64,000 bases of DNA from Clostridia bacterium (lineage in GTDB: Bacteria; Bacillota; Clostridia; Christensenellales; UBA1242). Shown here one piece after another: positions 18,533 through 28,701 of this stretch; the stretch's first letter is position 1, and every line of letters begins with the position of its first letter. A program made the translations under genes and the position numbers. The stretch is taken from assembly GCA_017467625.1 (NCBI GenBank), contig JAFUSN010000004.1:146259-210258 (forward strand), read 5' to 3'. The notes beneath the pieces are model-generated. The model did no database searches. It worked only from the letters and a program-made list of their open reading frames with translations, and was not told the DNA's origin.

Positions 18533-19916
18533 TATGTTTGAGGCCGTAAAAGAAAAATATATTAGCTTTGAAAATAAGTTGCCAAAAATTGTAAGAGAGA
18601 ACAAAAGTTATATTGTTCTTGCAATTGTGGCAACTCTTTTGATGCTGTCAATTTTTTGGTGGCCAATGTATATTTTCGCAATTATATTGATGAGCATATA
18701 TTTCGTTTTTAGTGATTTGTCAGGCATTGTTGGTGGGTTGTTTTTGTCCGCATGTTTTTCCAGGGTAAGAGTGTTTTTTGTGTCAATGACCATTTTGGGA
18801 AGTATTGCAATTTTAGGACATTACATTTATGATGTTATAAGAAAAAAGCAAAAAGTTTATGTTTTGCCACTTGCAGTGACATGTTTTATGGCTCTTTTAT
18901 TTATTGTAGCAAGTTCTGGCTACGATTTCATGGGAAGCCTTATCGGTCTTGAAATGCTTGGAATTATGTTTTTAATTTATATTGTTTTCTGCTATAGAAA
19001 AGAATTAAATTTGCCAAGAATTTATAAACTCTTAGTATTTTCAATTGCATTATCTGCATTTATGTTTTTGTTTATTTATCTATTTCCAAAATATCGCATC
19101 AATTTAATTTATGATGACGGAACAAATTGGAGATTTCAATATTTTTCAAACAATCCAAACAGAATGGCAATACTCTGCATATTTGCTCTTAGCTACTATA
19201 TTTACAAGCTTATTCATCAACAGGGAAAGTTTGTTGCAAATGTGTTAATTATAATTGCATTAGTTGTTGCAGGTTGTCTCACCATGTCAAAAGCATTTTA
19301 TATTCTTTGTCTTGGATTTTTGATATATTTAATTATTTGGTTAATACTTAAATACAAAGTAAAATCACTTCGTGTAATAATTCCACTTGTAGTAATTTTA
19401 GCGCTGGTTGTTTTAATTGATAGACCTCTTTTTGTGAAAATGATAAAACGCTTCACTTATGGAGAAGATACAAAATCACTTATCAACAGAATCACAACCG
19501 GTCGCAGTGCAATTTGGTATGCATATATGGAAGCTATTTATGCTTCTGTTCCAAAAATGTTGTTTGGTTATGGACTAATTGCACCTGATGTGATTGATAT
19601 TGGTTCGCACAGTGTAATTTTGCATATTTTATATAGAGTGGGTTTTGTTGAAGTAATTTTGTTTGGAGTTTTAATTTACTTATATATCAAAGAAGCAAAA
19701 CCAAAATGGTCTTTTAATTACTCTAAAATTCTTCCACTTTTAACATATTTGGTCATCTCTATTGAAGAACAAATTTTTGATGGAATTAATGTGTGGTTCT
19801 TATTTTTTGGAATTATTTTGTTTTTTGCTCGTCACAGCGAAATTGAAAAAAAATCGACTGATGATTTTGGATATAACAAAATGACGGAGTATTTAAAAAA
19901 AGATTTTAAACATTAA
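18522..19916 (+). CDS. O-antigen polymerase/ligase-like polytopic membrane protein (Wzy-like)
   Basis: 464 aa with more than 10 hydrophobic segments. Its position inside the glycan locus is supportive. No strict motif was verified. Confidence 0.55.
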   Translation: MGNNMFEAVKEKYISFENKLPKIVRENKSYIVLAIVATLLMLSIFWWPMYIFAIILMSIYFVFSDLSGIVGGLFLSACFSRVRVFFVSMTILGSIAILGHYIYDVIRKKQKVYVLPLAVTCFMALLFIVASSGYDFMGSLIGLEMLGIMFLIYIVFCYRKELNLPRIYKLLVFSIALSAFMFLFIYLFPKYRINLIYDDGTNWRFQYFSNNPNRMAILCIFALSYYIYKLIHQQGKFVANVLIIIALVVAGCLTMSKAFYILCLGFLIYLIIWLILKYKVKSLRVIIPLVVILALVVLIDRPLFVKMIKRFTYGEDTKSLINRITTGRSAIWYAYMEAIYASVPKMLFGYGLIAPDVIDIGSHSVILHILYRVGFVEVILFGVLIYLYIKEAKPKWSFNYSKILPLLTYLVISIEEQIFDGINVWFLFFGIILFFARHSEIEKKSTDDFGYNKMTEYLKKDFKH

Positions 19917-19933
19917 AAATTTAGAGGTGAGTT

Positions 19934-20884
19934 ATGCCAGTTGGTCCTTCACATTCTCATAGTGGTGGCGGTGGTGGTCATTTTTCAGGTGGCCACGGAG
20001 GATTTTCAAGCGGAAGAGTGCACATTGCGCCCCATTCATTTATATTTTTTGGACGACCATTGCGCCTATTTAGTGGGCTGGGGTCGGCTATTGCAGTATT
20101 TTCAATTTTTTTAATTATTTCAGCAGCTGTAACAATTTTTGGCGCACTTAAAATTAACTCTGCAAAAAGTGAAATTTTAACAATGGAAAAAGATGCTGTT
20201 GAGTATCAAGAAATTATTGAAAGAGCGGAAGCGCATAGCCTTGACAATTCTGTTTATAGCGACTATGGGATTTATGTATTAACAAATATTCAACTTGAAT
20301 TTAGTCACAAATCATATAATAGCCATACAGGAAAAAAGGTTGACATATATGAAGATCAAAACAGTTTGAAATATTCGCTTTATGCAGATTCGGATGTTTT
20401 TCGTGACGGTGTGTCTTGGTATTTTATTGATTTTTTAATCAATGATGGATCTGTTGTGTTAAACGGATCAACATATACCCAGTATTCACAAAATCAAATA
20501 CAATCCATGACTTCGCTTCGCTTGGCATATCATTCAACGGGGTCATCAACTGATGTAATTAATGCAGATTACAAGTTAACTGACAACCAGCAGTATTTAA
20601 GTGCATTTGACAACAAAGCGGTCGGCGAGAAAATGGTGGTGTTTGGAATTGTTTTTGGTGTAATCGCTATTTTAGTAATCATTTTGTTAGGGATTAAATT
20701 TTCAAAAAAAGCCAAACTTGAACAACTTAAAAAAGAGGCTGAAATTGAACAAACAAAGGCACGAACTGAACAAGAAAAAGCGAAACTCAAAGAAATAAAT
20801 AGAGTTTGTGAATATTGCGGGTCATTGGTTCCAGATGGCGAGAGAAAGTGTCCAGCATGTGGATCAAGCAAATTTAAAAACTAA
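19934..20884 (+). CDS. Hypothetical bitopic membrane protein with a Gly/His-rich N-terminus and a C-terminal zinc ribbon
   Basis: SHSHSGGGGGHFSGGHGG, two TM helices, a Lys/Glu coiled segment, and CEYCGSLVPDGERKCPACGS. Confidence 0.55.
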   Translation: MPVGPSHSHSGGGGGHFSGGHGGFSSGRVHIAPHSFIFFGRPLRLFSGLGSAIAVFSIFLIISAAVTIFGALKINSAKSEILTMEKDAVEYQEIIERAEAHSLDNSVYSDYGIYVLTNIQLEFSHKSYNSHTGKKVDIYEDQNSLKYSLYADSDVFRDGVSWYFIDFLINDGSVVLNGSTYTQYSQNQIQSMTSLRLAYHSTGSSTDVINADYKLTDNQQYLSAFDNKAVGEKMVVFGIVFGVIAILVIILLGIKFSKKAKLEQLKKEAEIEQTKARTEQEKAKLKEINRVCEYCGSLVPDGERKCPACGSSKFKN

Positions 20885-20945
20885 AAGCAATCGCTTTTAG
20901 TTTTTTTAAATTTACAATTTAATCAAAAGGTGGTATGATATATTC

Positions 20946-21539
20946 ATGGAAAAAGAACAAAGAGAACAATTTAAAGAACAGTTTTTGCAAATTGCCCGCG
21001 AAAACATTAAAAGGGAAGGAATTGAAGAACTTTTAAAGTATTTAGAAACGACAGATTTTTTTGAAGCGCCTGCAAGTTCAAAATTTCATTCTGCGGAAGC
21101 TGGTGGGCTTTGTATGCATTCAATCAATGTTTATAAGCGTATGCTATTTTTAGCCGAACATGAATTTGGTGAAGAAAATGTAAACAAAGAAACAATTGCA
21201 ATATGTGGACTTTTTCATGATGTTTGCAAAGCCAATTTTTACAGAGAAGAAATGCGAAATGTAAAAGAAAATGGTGAGTGGGTTCAAAAACCTTACTATG
21301 CTGTTGATGAACAACTTCCTTATGGCCACGGCGAAAAGTCGGTGTATATTGTCAATGGCTTCATGCGTCTCACGAGAGAAGAAGCTCTTGCAATAAATTG
21401 GCATATGGGAGGATTTGATAAAAGAGTGCTTGGAGGAGATCAAAGTTTTTCAAAAGCATATTACAAATATCCAATTTGTGCAATAATGCACCTAGCAGAT
21501 GTTATGGCAACTTATTTAGATGAAGTTGCACCAAATTAA
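20946..21539 (+). CDS. HD-domain phosphohydrolase
   Basis: HS...H...GLFHDVCK H..HD metal-binding motif. 197 aa. Confidence 0.7.
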   Translation: MEKEQREQFKEQFLQIARENIKREGIEELLKYLETTDFFEAPASSKFHSAEAGGLCMHSINVYKRMLFLAEHEFGEENVNKETIAICGLFHDVCKANFYREEMRNVKENGEWVQKPYYAVDEQLPYGHGEKSVYIVNGFMRLTREEALAINWHMGGFDKRVLGGDQSFSKAYYKYPICAIMHLADVMATYLDEVAPN

Positions 21540-21547
21540 AGGAGAAA

Positions 21548-23197
21548 ATGATGGACTATAAAAGAATTGCAGATTTAATATTTCCAAATTTAAAGTATAC
21601 AGTTGATGATATTGAAAAGCGTTATAAGCCAAGGAATCTTGAAAAAGGGCAAGTAGTTTCAAGGTATGCTCCAAGTCCAACTGGCTATATGCATGTTGGA
21701 AACTTTTTTCAAATGTTTATTTCTTATAATTTAACAAGAGTAACCAATGGCAAATTCTTTTTAAGAATTGAAGATACAGATTCAAAGCGTGAAAAGAAAG
21801 ATGCAACTAAGGTTATATATGACATTTTGAACAAATTCAACATCAAATTTGATGAATACCAAACACTTGATGGTGTTGACATTGGTGATTATGGACCATA
21901 TGTTCAAAGCCAAAGAACCGACATATATAAAGCTTATGCAAAAAAATTAGTTGAAGAGGGAAAGGCATTTCCATGTTTTTGCAAAAAAACAGAAGGCAAG
22001 GAAGATGTTTTAAAACTCAGGCAAGAGAAGTTTGCAGAAGATGACGAAAAAGAATATGACCCATGCAGAAATTTAACTTATGAAGAAGTTAAGGCAAATT
22101 TAGATGCTGGAAAAACTTTTGCAATAAGGCTCAAAACAAAAAATGACGGAACACAGAGAATTAAATTTTATGATTTAATTAAAGGTGAAATTGAAGCCAA
22201 GGCAAATGCTAAAGATTTCGTTATTTTAAAAAATGACGGAATTCCACCTTATGCTTTTGCGCACGCTATTGATGATACGCTTATGGGAACAACAATCGTT
22301 GTTCGTGGTGAGGAATATATCAGTTCAGTTCCGGCTCACATTGAACTTTTTGAAGCACTAGGTTTTAAACTCATCACCTATTGCCACAATCCACTTATTT
22401 GTAAAATTGGTGACAATGGCAACAGAAGAAAAATTTCAAAGCGTTATGACCCAGAAGCTGACATGCGTTTCTATTTTGAAAATGGTTATCCAACTGATAG
22501 CGTTTTGGAATACTTATTAAACATCATCAATTCAAAATTTGAAGGATGGAGAGCTCAAAATCCAACAGCCCCTTGGACGGATTTCACATTTGGTGTTAAT
22601 GACATCACAACCGTTGCTCCAATTTTTGACCTAGTTAAACTTAGCGACATTTCAAAAAACATCATTTCCAGAATGACAGCTGGTGAGGTTTATCAAAATC
22701 TTCTTAATTGGGCGGAAGAGTATGATGTTGAATTTGCGAAGTATTTAAAAGCAAATAAAGATTATGCTCAAAATGTGCTTAATATTGACAGGGAAACTCC
22801 AAAACCAAGAAAAGATATTTTTAAATGGAGCATGGTTAAAGATTATTTTGATTATATGTTCTTCAAACCAACCAAAAATGAACTTGATGATGCTGATAAA
22901 GAAAAGTTTGTTGAGTTTATTGAAGAATATAGTAAAAATTATAAGCTTGAATCAACCAAAGAAGAATGGTTTGCAAATGTTAAAGCTGTGGCTGAAAAAC
23001 TTGGATATGCAACAGATAATAAAGCTTATAAGGCAAATCCTGAAGCATTTAAAGGAAACACAGCCAAAGCATGTGAATTTATTAGGATTGCATTAACTGG
23101 GCAAAAGAATTCGCCAGACCTTTATGAAATTATGAAACTTTTGGGCGAAACTGAAATTAAAAATAGATTTGAAAATGTGTTGAAAAACACAAAGTAG
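21548..23197 (+). CDS. gltX: Glutamate--tRNA ligase
   Basis: SRYAPSPTGYMHVGN (HIGH-type motif), RIEDTD, and the KMSKS-type motif KISKR. Confidence 0.85.
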   Translation: MMDYKRIADLIFPNLKYTVDDIEKRYKPRNLEKGQVVSRYAPSPTGYMHVGNFFQMFISYNLTRVTNGKFFLRIEDTDSKREKKDATKVIYDILNKFNIKFDEYQTLDGVDIGDYGPYVQSQRTDIYKAYAKKLVEEGKAFPCFCKKTEGKEDVLKLRQEKFAEDDEKEYDPCRNLTYEEVKANLDAGKTFAIRLKTKNDGTQRIKFYDLIKGEIEAKANAKDFVILKNDGIPPYAFAHAIDDTLMGTTIVVRGEEYISSVPAHIELFEALGFKLITYCHNPLICKIGDNGNRRKISKRYDPEADMRFYFENGYPTDSVLEYLLNIINSKFEGWRAQNPTAPWTDFTFGVNDITTVAPIFDLVKLSDISKNIISRMTAGEVYQNLLNWAEEYDVEFAKYLKANKDYAQNVLNIDRETPKPRKDIFKWSMVKDYFDYMFFKPTKNELDDADKEKFVEFIEEYSKNYKLESTKEEWFANVKAVAEKLGYATDNKAYKANPEAFKGNTAKACEFIRIALTGQKNSPDLYEIMKLLGETEIKNRFENVLKNTK

Positions 23198-23203
23198 GAA
23201 AAT

Positions 23204-24268
23204 ATGAAAGAAAGGCCAAAAATTTATTATATTGGAGTTCCTGAAACGGGCAATATGGGCGATCATGCGCTTGTAATTTCCAGTGTAAATTTCATTAAAA
23301 AAGCAATTCCAAAGGTTAAAATTATTAAAATGCCATCTAAAACTTGGCTTTTGCAGCGTGACAAAATCAAACAAGCGGTAAAACCTCAAGATATTTTTGT
23401 TTATAACCCCGGTGGAAACATGGGAACACAATACATTGACGAAGAGTTTGCTAGGGAAGAACTTATTTTGAACTTTCCAAACAATCCAATCATATCTCTT
23501 CCACAAACAATTTATTTTGTTGATGATCATGAAGATTATTACAAGTGGTTTAGTTTTCATCTCAAAGAAGAAATGAAGTATGATAAGGAACTAAAAATCA
23601 CAACATCAAAAGACGAAGATATCAAAATTTTTCATGATGTTTATGCGTCCCACAAAAATTTATATGTTTTTGCAAGAGAAGAAAAATCATTTGAAATAAT
23701 GAAGTCAGTTATTCCTGAATGCAATTTGTTTTTGACGCCCGATATGGTTATGAGTTTTTCTTATAAGCAACCAAAAGCCCAAAGGAATCAAGTTTTAATG
23801 AGTCTTAGAAGCGACTGTGAAGGGCTTTTAAATGAGCAGCAAAAACAGGATATTAAAGTTGCGCTTCAATTAAAATTTGATGGTGTTCCAATTAAAGAAC
23901 TAGACACAAATCTTCCATTCAAGGTTAAAAATGAAAATGCTGATGCCATGCTCACAAACATGCTAAATGAATTTGCATCATCAAAACTAGTTGTTACTGA
24001 CAGGCTTCATGGAATGATTTTTGCAGCAATAACAAACACCCCTTGCATTGTTTTGTCAAATTATAATCACAAGGTTAAAGAAACTTATAAATGGATTAAG
24101 GATTTAAAGTTTATTCAAATGGTTGATGATGTAAATCAGGTTGAGGGGTGGATAAATGAATGGCCTTACGAAATGAATAAATCTTTCAGCAATTTAAAAC
24201 TTAATAAAAAATTTAAAAATTTAAACAAACTTCTTAAAAAAATTTATAGAGAACAAAAAAGGAAATAA
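23204..24268 (+). CDS. Polysaccharide pyruvyl transferase family protein
   Basis: C-terminal VVTDRLHGMIFAAI motif typical of CsaB/WcaK-type pyruvyl transferases. Confidence 0.65.
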   Translation: MKERPKIYYIGVPETGNMGDHALVISSVNFIKKAIPKVKIIKMPSKTWLLQRDKIKQAVKPQDIFVYNPGGNMGTQYIDEEFAREELILNFPNNPIISLPQTIYFVDDHEDYYKWFSFHLKEEMKYDKELKITTSKDEDIKIFHDVYASHKNLYVFAREEKSFEIMKSVIPECNLFLTPDMVMSFSYKQPKAQRNQVLMSLRSDCEGLLNEQQKQDIKVALQLKFDGVPIKELDTNLPFKVKNENADAMLTNMLNEFASSKLVVTDRLHGMIFAAITNTPCIVLSNYNHKVKETYKWIKDLKFIQMVDDVNQVEGWINEWPYEMNKSFSNLKLNKKFKNLNKLLKKIYREQKRK

Positions 24269-24276
24269 ATTAAACA

Positions 24277-27200
24277 ATGGAAAAGAAAACTGAAATTAGT
24301 GTAATTATGTTAGTGTTTAACACTCCAAAAAAACTTTTGGAAAAAAGCATTGGGAGTGTTTTGGCTCAAACTCAAAAAAACATTGAACTCGTCATTGTTA
24401 ATGATTGTTCAACAAGAAAAGAAACATTAAACGCACTTTCAGAATTTGAAAAAAAATATAAAAATATAAAAGTGGTTAATCATGATGAAAACCATGGAAT
24501 GCTTCGTGGAAGACTCACCGGACTTAAAAATAGTTCAGGCGAATATGTTGCATTTTTAGATAGTGATGATTCAATGGAAATTGATTTGCTTAGAAAAATG
24601 AAAAATGCTGCAGTAAAAAACAAAGCTGATGTTGTGGTTTGTCCGTTCGTTTTTGATTATGATGAAAACGGTGAAAAAGCATACCTTGCTCATGACCCAT
24701 TCATAAATAAAGAATTTGACTTAAAAGGTGATGAAATTTCTGCTGCTTATTTCAATCAACAGGGAAAGTGTTTTTCATGGACGCTCACATGGAATAAGCT
24801 TTATGACCGAAAGTTGCTTGAAAAAACATTTAATGAGACCCTTAATTTCAGTGAAAAACACAATGGCCTAAATATGACTGAAGACGTTGCCTTTACAACG
24901 CCAGTGTTTTTAAACGCATTTCACATGGTTTCAATTAAAGATGATTTTGTTTATTATTACACACATCAAAAACAGAGTATTCAACAAAACAAGAGTTATA
25001 AAAAGTGGCTAAAAAATGTTGATGATGTTAGTGCTGTATTTGGATTTGTTGAAGAAGAATTAAAAAAATATGAAAAGTTTGAAGAAAATGAAACAAATTT
25101 AAAGCTGTGGAAAAACCACTATGTAAGAACCTATTCAACCAATAAACCCGCAAATCACACAGAGCGAGAAACCCGCAAATATTTAACTGGCAAGTTTAAT
25201 TTAAGTGAATTTGTTGACTTTGGAAGTCAAAATGAAGATTATTATTACACTCAACAAAATTTCATTACCAACGATTTAAAATCAAAAACCCAGCTTTATG
25301 AAAAGATTGTAAATCCTAAAACCAAGGTTGTAAGTTTTGATATTTTTGACACGCTTTTGCTTCGCAATGTTTTTGAACCAAGTGATATTTTTAGAATTTT
25401 AGGTGTTGAATATAACAAAATAAACAAAGGTTCATACATAAATTTGGCAGATATTCGTATAACTGCAGAAAGTGAAGCTAGAAAACTGAAAAAAGATAAT
25501 GAAGATATTGTTCTTGATGATATTTATAATTATATGAACAAGTTTTATTTCTTTGATAAAAAGGAGTGTGAATTTTTGAAAAAGAAAGAACAAGAACTTG
25601 AACTTAAATTTGTAAGGGAAAGAAAGTTTTGCAAACAACTTTTTGAACTTTCCAAATATTTAGGCAAAAAGGTAATTTTAACCTCTGATATGTATTTATC
25701 AAAAGAATTTATTGAAAAATTGCTAAAAAAATGTGGGTATGAAGGCTATGATGAATTTTTCCTATCAAATGAAATTGGAAAAACCAAACACACAGGAAAT
25801 TTATTTAAGCACATTGTGAAAGTTCTTGGAGTTAAGCCATCGTCAATTTTGCATATTGGTGATAATTATGCTGCAGATTTCACAAATGCAGTTAAAAATC
25901 ATTTGCAAGCCCATCATATTGAAAATGTTCGCGAAAAATTTTGGGATGGTCCAACATACAGACATTTATTTATTGAAAACCCAACTTTCACGCGAAATCA
26001 AGGATTTGTTGAAAGAACCATGGTTAAAAACATGTATGGCTTAATCAACAATAAAGTTTTTGATAATCCATACATTGGCTTTAATCCTGACACAATGTTC
26101 AATGCGTCCCCTGCAATTTTGGGATATTCTGCAGTTGGAATGGAACTTGTTTCACTTAACCATTGGATTCAAGAGCATTCAACAAATTCTGCAAAAATTC
26201 ATTTTGTTGCTCGTGATGGATATCTTCCAATGCGAGCTTTTGAAGAGTTGAGAAAATATAATTCAGAACTTCCACAGAGCAATTATTTCTATATGTCGCG
26301 AAAAGCACTTTTCCCATTAGATATTGCCTGCCAAGATGATTTGCGTTCAATTCCAGCAAAAATGAATTTTAAGTCGCTTTCTCCAAAAAAATTAACTAAA
26401 TTTTTCAAAGAAGAATTTGTTGATGTTGAAAAAATTAAAAAGCTCTGTGAAAAAAAGGGTATTGGTTTTGAAGAAAAATTTAAAGACTATCCTGAGTTTT
26501 TCAAGGGGATAAATCTGTTTACTGATGATGTTGTAAACTACAAAAAGCACAGAGAATATTCAGAACAAATCATTAAAAAGTTTAAAGATATTGTTAGTCC
26601 AAACAACAAATTTTTTGATATTGGTTACTCTGGAAGAGCAGAAAGTGTTATAACAAAAATTTTAGGTTATCCAGTTGATTCTCTTTACATTCACACAAAT
26701 CTTGACACAGCAGAAACCCGTAGTCAAATGGCAGGATTTAAAATTGATTGCTTTTTGAAAGATCAGCCAAAAGTAACTGGCACAATAAGGGAACATATTT
26801 TTATGAAATATGCGCCATCGCTTATTGGCTATAAACTTGAAAATAACGAGTTAAAATATATCTTTGAAGAATTGAAATTTGATCAAACCACAAAAGCGGT
26901 AACAGAAATGGTTCAAGATGAAGCCATTAAATTTGTTCAAGATTTTTATTCACTTTTTTATGATTATATTCCATGGTTTGCATTTCAAGAAAACTTCATT
27001 TCTTTCCCATATGAAAGATACTTAAACAATCCAATGCTTCTTGATAAACGCATTTTTGAATGTGCAATTTTTGAAGATGATATGGGATTTGGAAAAAAGA
27101 GTATGATGGAAATGTGGGAAAGTCAAGATATTCAATTTGATGCAAACATGCCATCAAGTCGTGCTGCTCAAAAAATTGCAATAATGTTAAACAAAATGTT

Positions 27201-27288
27201 CCCAGTTGGAACAAAACGCAGAAAGTTTGCAAAAAAGTGTTACAATGGTTTAAGAAAAATTAGAAATGCTTTTAGAAGAAAAAAATAA
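24277..27288 (+). CDS. Multidomain glycosyltransferase: N-terminal GT2 fused to a HAD-like hydrolase domain and a large uncharacterised C-terminal region
   Basis: GT2: ISVIMLVFNTPKK...VIVNDCST and LDSDD. HAD: VVSFDIFDTLLLR (motif I) and HIGDNYAADF (motif IV-like). 1003 aa. Confidence 0.7.
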   Translation: MEKKTEISVIMLVFNTPKKLLEKSIGSVLAQTQKNIELVIVNDCSTRKETLNALSEFEKKYKNIKVVNHDENHGMLRGRLTGLKNSSGEYVAFLDSDDSMEIDLLRKMKNAAVKNKADVVVCPFVFDYDENGEKAYLAHDPFINKEFDLKGDEISAAYFNQQGKCFSWTLTWNKLYDRKLLEKTFNETLNFSEKHNGLNMTEDVAFTTPVFLNAFHMVSIKDDFVYYYTHQKQSIQQNKSYKKWLKNVDDVSAVFGFVEEELKKYEKFEENETNLKLWKNHYVRTYSTNKPANHTERETRKYLTGKFNLSEFVDFGSQNEDYYYTQQNFITNDLKSKTQLYEKIVNPKTKVVSFDIFDTLLLRNVFEPSDIFRILGVEYNKINKGSYINLADIRITAESEARKLKKDNEDIVLDDIYNYMNKFYFFDKKECEFLKKKEQELELKFVRERKFCKQLFELSKYLGKKVILTSDMYLSKEFIEKLLKKCGYEGYDEFFLSNEIGKTKHTGNLFKHIVKVLGVKPSSILHIGDNYAADFTNAVKNHLQAHHIENVREKFWDGPTYRHLFIENPTFTRNQGFVERTMVKNMYGLINNKVFDNPYIGFNPDTMFNASPAILGYSAVGMELVSLNHWIQEHSTNSAKIHFVARDGYLPMRAFEELRKYNSELPQSNYFYMSRKALFPLDIACQDDLRSIPAKMNFKSLSPKKLTKFFKEEFVDVEKIKKLCEKKGIGFEEKFKDYPEFFKGINLFTDDVVNYKKHREYSEQIIKKFKDIVSPNNKFFDIGYSGRAESVITKILGYPVDSLYIHTNLDTAETRSQMAGFKIDCFLKDQPKVTGTIREHIFMKYAPSLIGYKLENNELKYIFEELKFDQTTKAVTEMVQDEAIKFVQDFYSLFYDYIPWFAFQENFISFPYERYLNNPMLLDKRIFECAIFEDDMGFGKKSMMEMWESQDIQFDANMPSSRAAQKIAIMLNKMFPVGTKRRKFAKKCYNGLRKIRNAFRRKK

Positions 27289-27315
27289 AAAGGGGATGCC
27301 CCTTTTTATTTTTGT
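27288..27315 (+). terminator. Rho-independent terminator
   Basis: aaaagggg-atg-cccctttt followed by a T-run. Confidence 0.8.
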
Positions 27316-27348
27316 TTACTTTCTTTTAAAAAATGATATAATAATTAT

Positions 27349-28638
27349 ATGAAATTAAAGTTAAAAAGTTTTTTTAATTTTATAGTTTTGTTCGTGTTAA
27401 TCATTCCTGTAATGATAATTTTTTCTGCTTGCGGTTCTGATTATTCAGCAAAAAATTTAGCCGTTGAACTTGGCTACACTTCCGTTGAAGAAATGGTTGA
27501 AGGCTTAAAAGGAAAAGATGGCGAAAAAGGAGCAGATGGAGCTGACGGGCGTGATGGAAAAGATGCTGTTAATGCTTATGAACTTTATGAAACGGCAGTT
27601 GCAAATGGCGAATTTTCTGGAACTTTTATTGAGTTTTTAAAAGAGTTTAATGTTGTTGCTGATGATGGAAACGCAATTGCATCAAAGGCAATTTTGTCCG
27701 TTGTAAGAATAAATAATGGTGCAAAAGACATTGGAACTGGAGTAATTTACAGCATTGATAAAGACGAAGGAAACGCCTTAATTATAACCAATTTTCATGT
27801 GGTTAGTTCGGGAAACACAACTTCAAAAGGTATGAGTTTCAAAATTTATTTATATGGTGAAAGTTCTGGAATCACAGCAACTGTTGTTGGAGCGGTTAAA
27901 ACCTATGATTTAGCTGTTTTAAAAGTGAGTGAAAGTGAAGTTATTAAGCAAAGTCATGCCCGAGCAATTGATTTTGCAGAAAGCTATCATGTTGGTGACA
28001 AGGTTTATGCGCTTGGAAATGCAAATGGAAATGGAATTTCAGTAACTCAAGGCGTGATTAGTGTTGAAAGTGAAAAGAACACTATGAAATTTTCAACAAC
28101 CAGTCAATATAAAATTCGTATGCTAAGGCATGATGCATACATAACACATGGAAACAGTGGTGGTGCGCTTGTGAACACCGATGGGGACCTAGTTGGAATT
28201 ACAAATGGCGGAATTGAAAACACTGACATGAATAATGCTTATCCGGTTGATTTGGTTCAAAAGGTTGTAAATGCAATTTTAAGATATTGTGAAAACACTG
28301 AAAGCACAAACATTAAAGTTGTGAATTTAGGAATTGAAGAATCAACAGTTTCAACCACAATTGAAGAAGTGGATGGCGTTTTAAATGTTGTTTACACACA
28401 AAAAATTGAAGCGCTTTCAGGAACTGCTGCGGATGCTGGAGTCTTGCAAGTTGGCGATATTCTTAAACGAATCGAAATTGGACCAAAGGTTTTTGAAATT
28501 ACTAAAAATTACTCACTTGAAGAGTCTTTGCTTCTTGCAAAGGTTGGGGATGAAATTAAAATTGTGACAAACCAAGGTGGAAGTGAAGTTGTTTGGACCA
28601 TAACACTTGAAGATTCTAATTTTAAATCAATAATTTAA
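27349..28638 (+). CDS. Trypsin-like serine protease lipoprotein (S1C/HtrA-like) with a short collagen-like GXY tract
   Basis: Lipobox IFSAC. Six GXY triplets (GKDGEKGADGADGRDGKD). Catalytic TNFHV..., D and HGNSGGALV motifs. Confidence 0.75.
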   Translation: MKLKLKSFFNFIVLFVLIIPVMIIFSACGSDYSAKNLAVELGYTSVEEMVEGLKGKDGEKGADGADGRDGKDAVNAYELYETAVANGEFSGTFIEFLKEFNVVADDGNAIASKAILSVVRINNGAKDIGTGVIYSIDKDEGNALIITNFHVVSSGNTTSKGMSFKIYLYGESSGITATVVGAVKTYDLAVLKVSESEVIKQSHARAIDFAESYHVGDKVYALGNANGNGISVTQGVISVESEKNTMKFSTTSQYKIRMLRHDAYITHGNSGGALVNTDGDLVGITNGGIENTDMNNAYPVDLVQKVVNAILRYCENTESTNIKVVNLGIEESTVSTTIEEVDGVLNVVYTQKIEALSGTAADAGVLQVGDILKRIEIGPKVFEITKNYSLEESLLLAKVGDEIKIVTNQGGSEVVWTITLEDSNFKSII

Positions 28639-28664
28639 ACAGGTTAATTTAACCTGTTTTTTAT
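28637..28664 (+). terminator. Rho-independent terminator
   Basis: aaacaggtt-aattt-aacctgttt followed by a T-run. Confidence 0.75.
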
Positions 28665-28701
28665 TTACATAAAAGCACCTGGTTTTGCACAAATTAAAAT
28701 T

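Noticed and set aside
22764-23096. 110-aa plus-strand ORF inside gltX
   Set aside because: It is an alternative frame within a confidently identified gltX coding region.
23093-23560. 155-aa minus-strand ORF
   Set aside because: It is antisense to the gltX end and the pyruvyl-transferase start. Its composition is typical of antisense AT-rich frames, and it has no RBS or motif.
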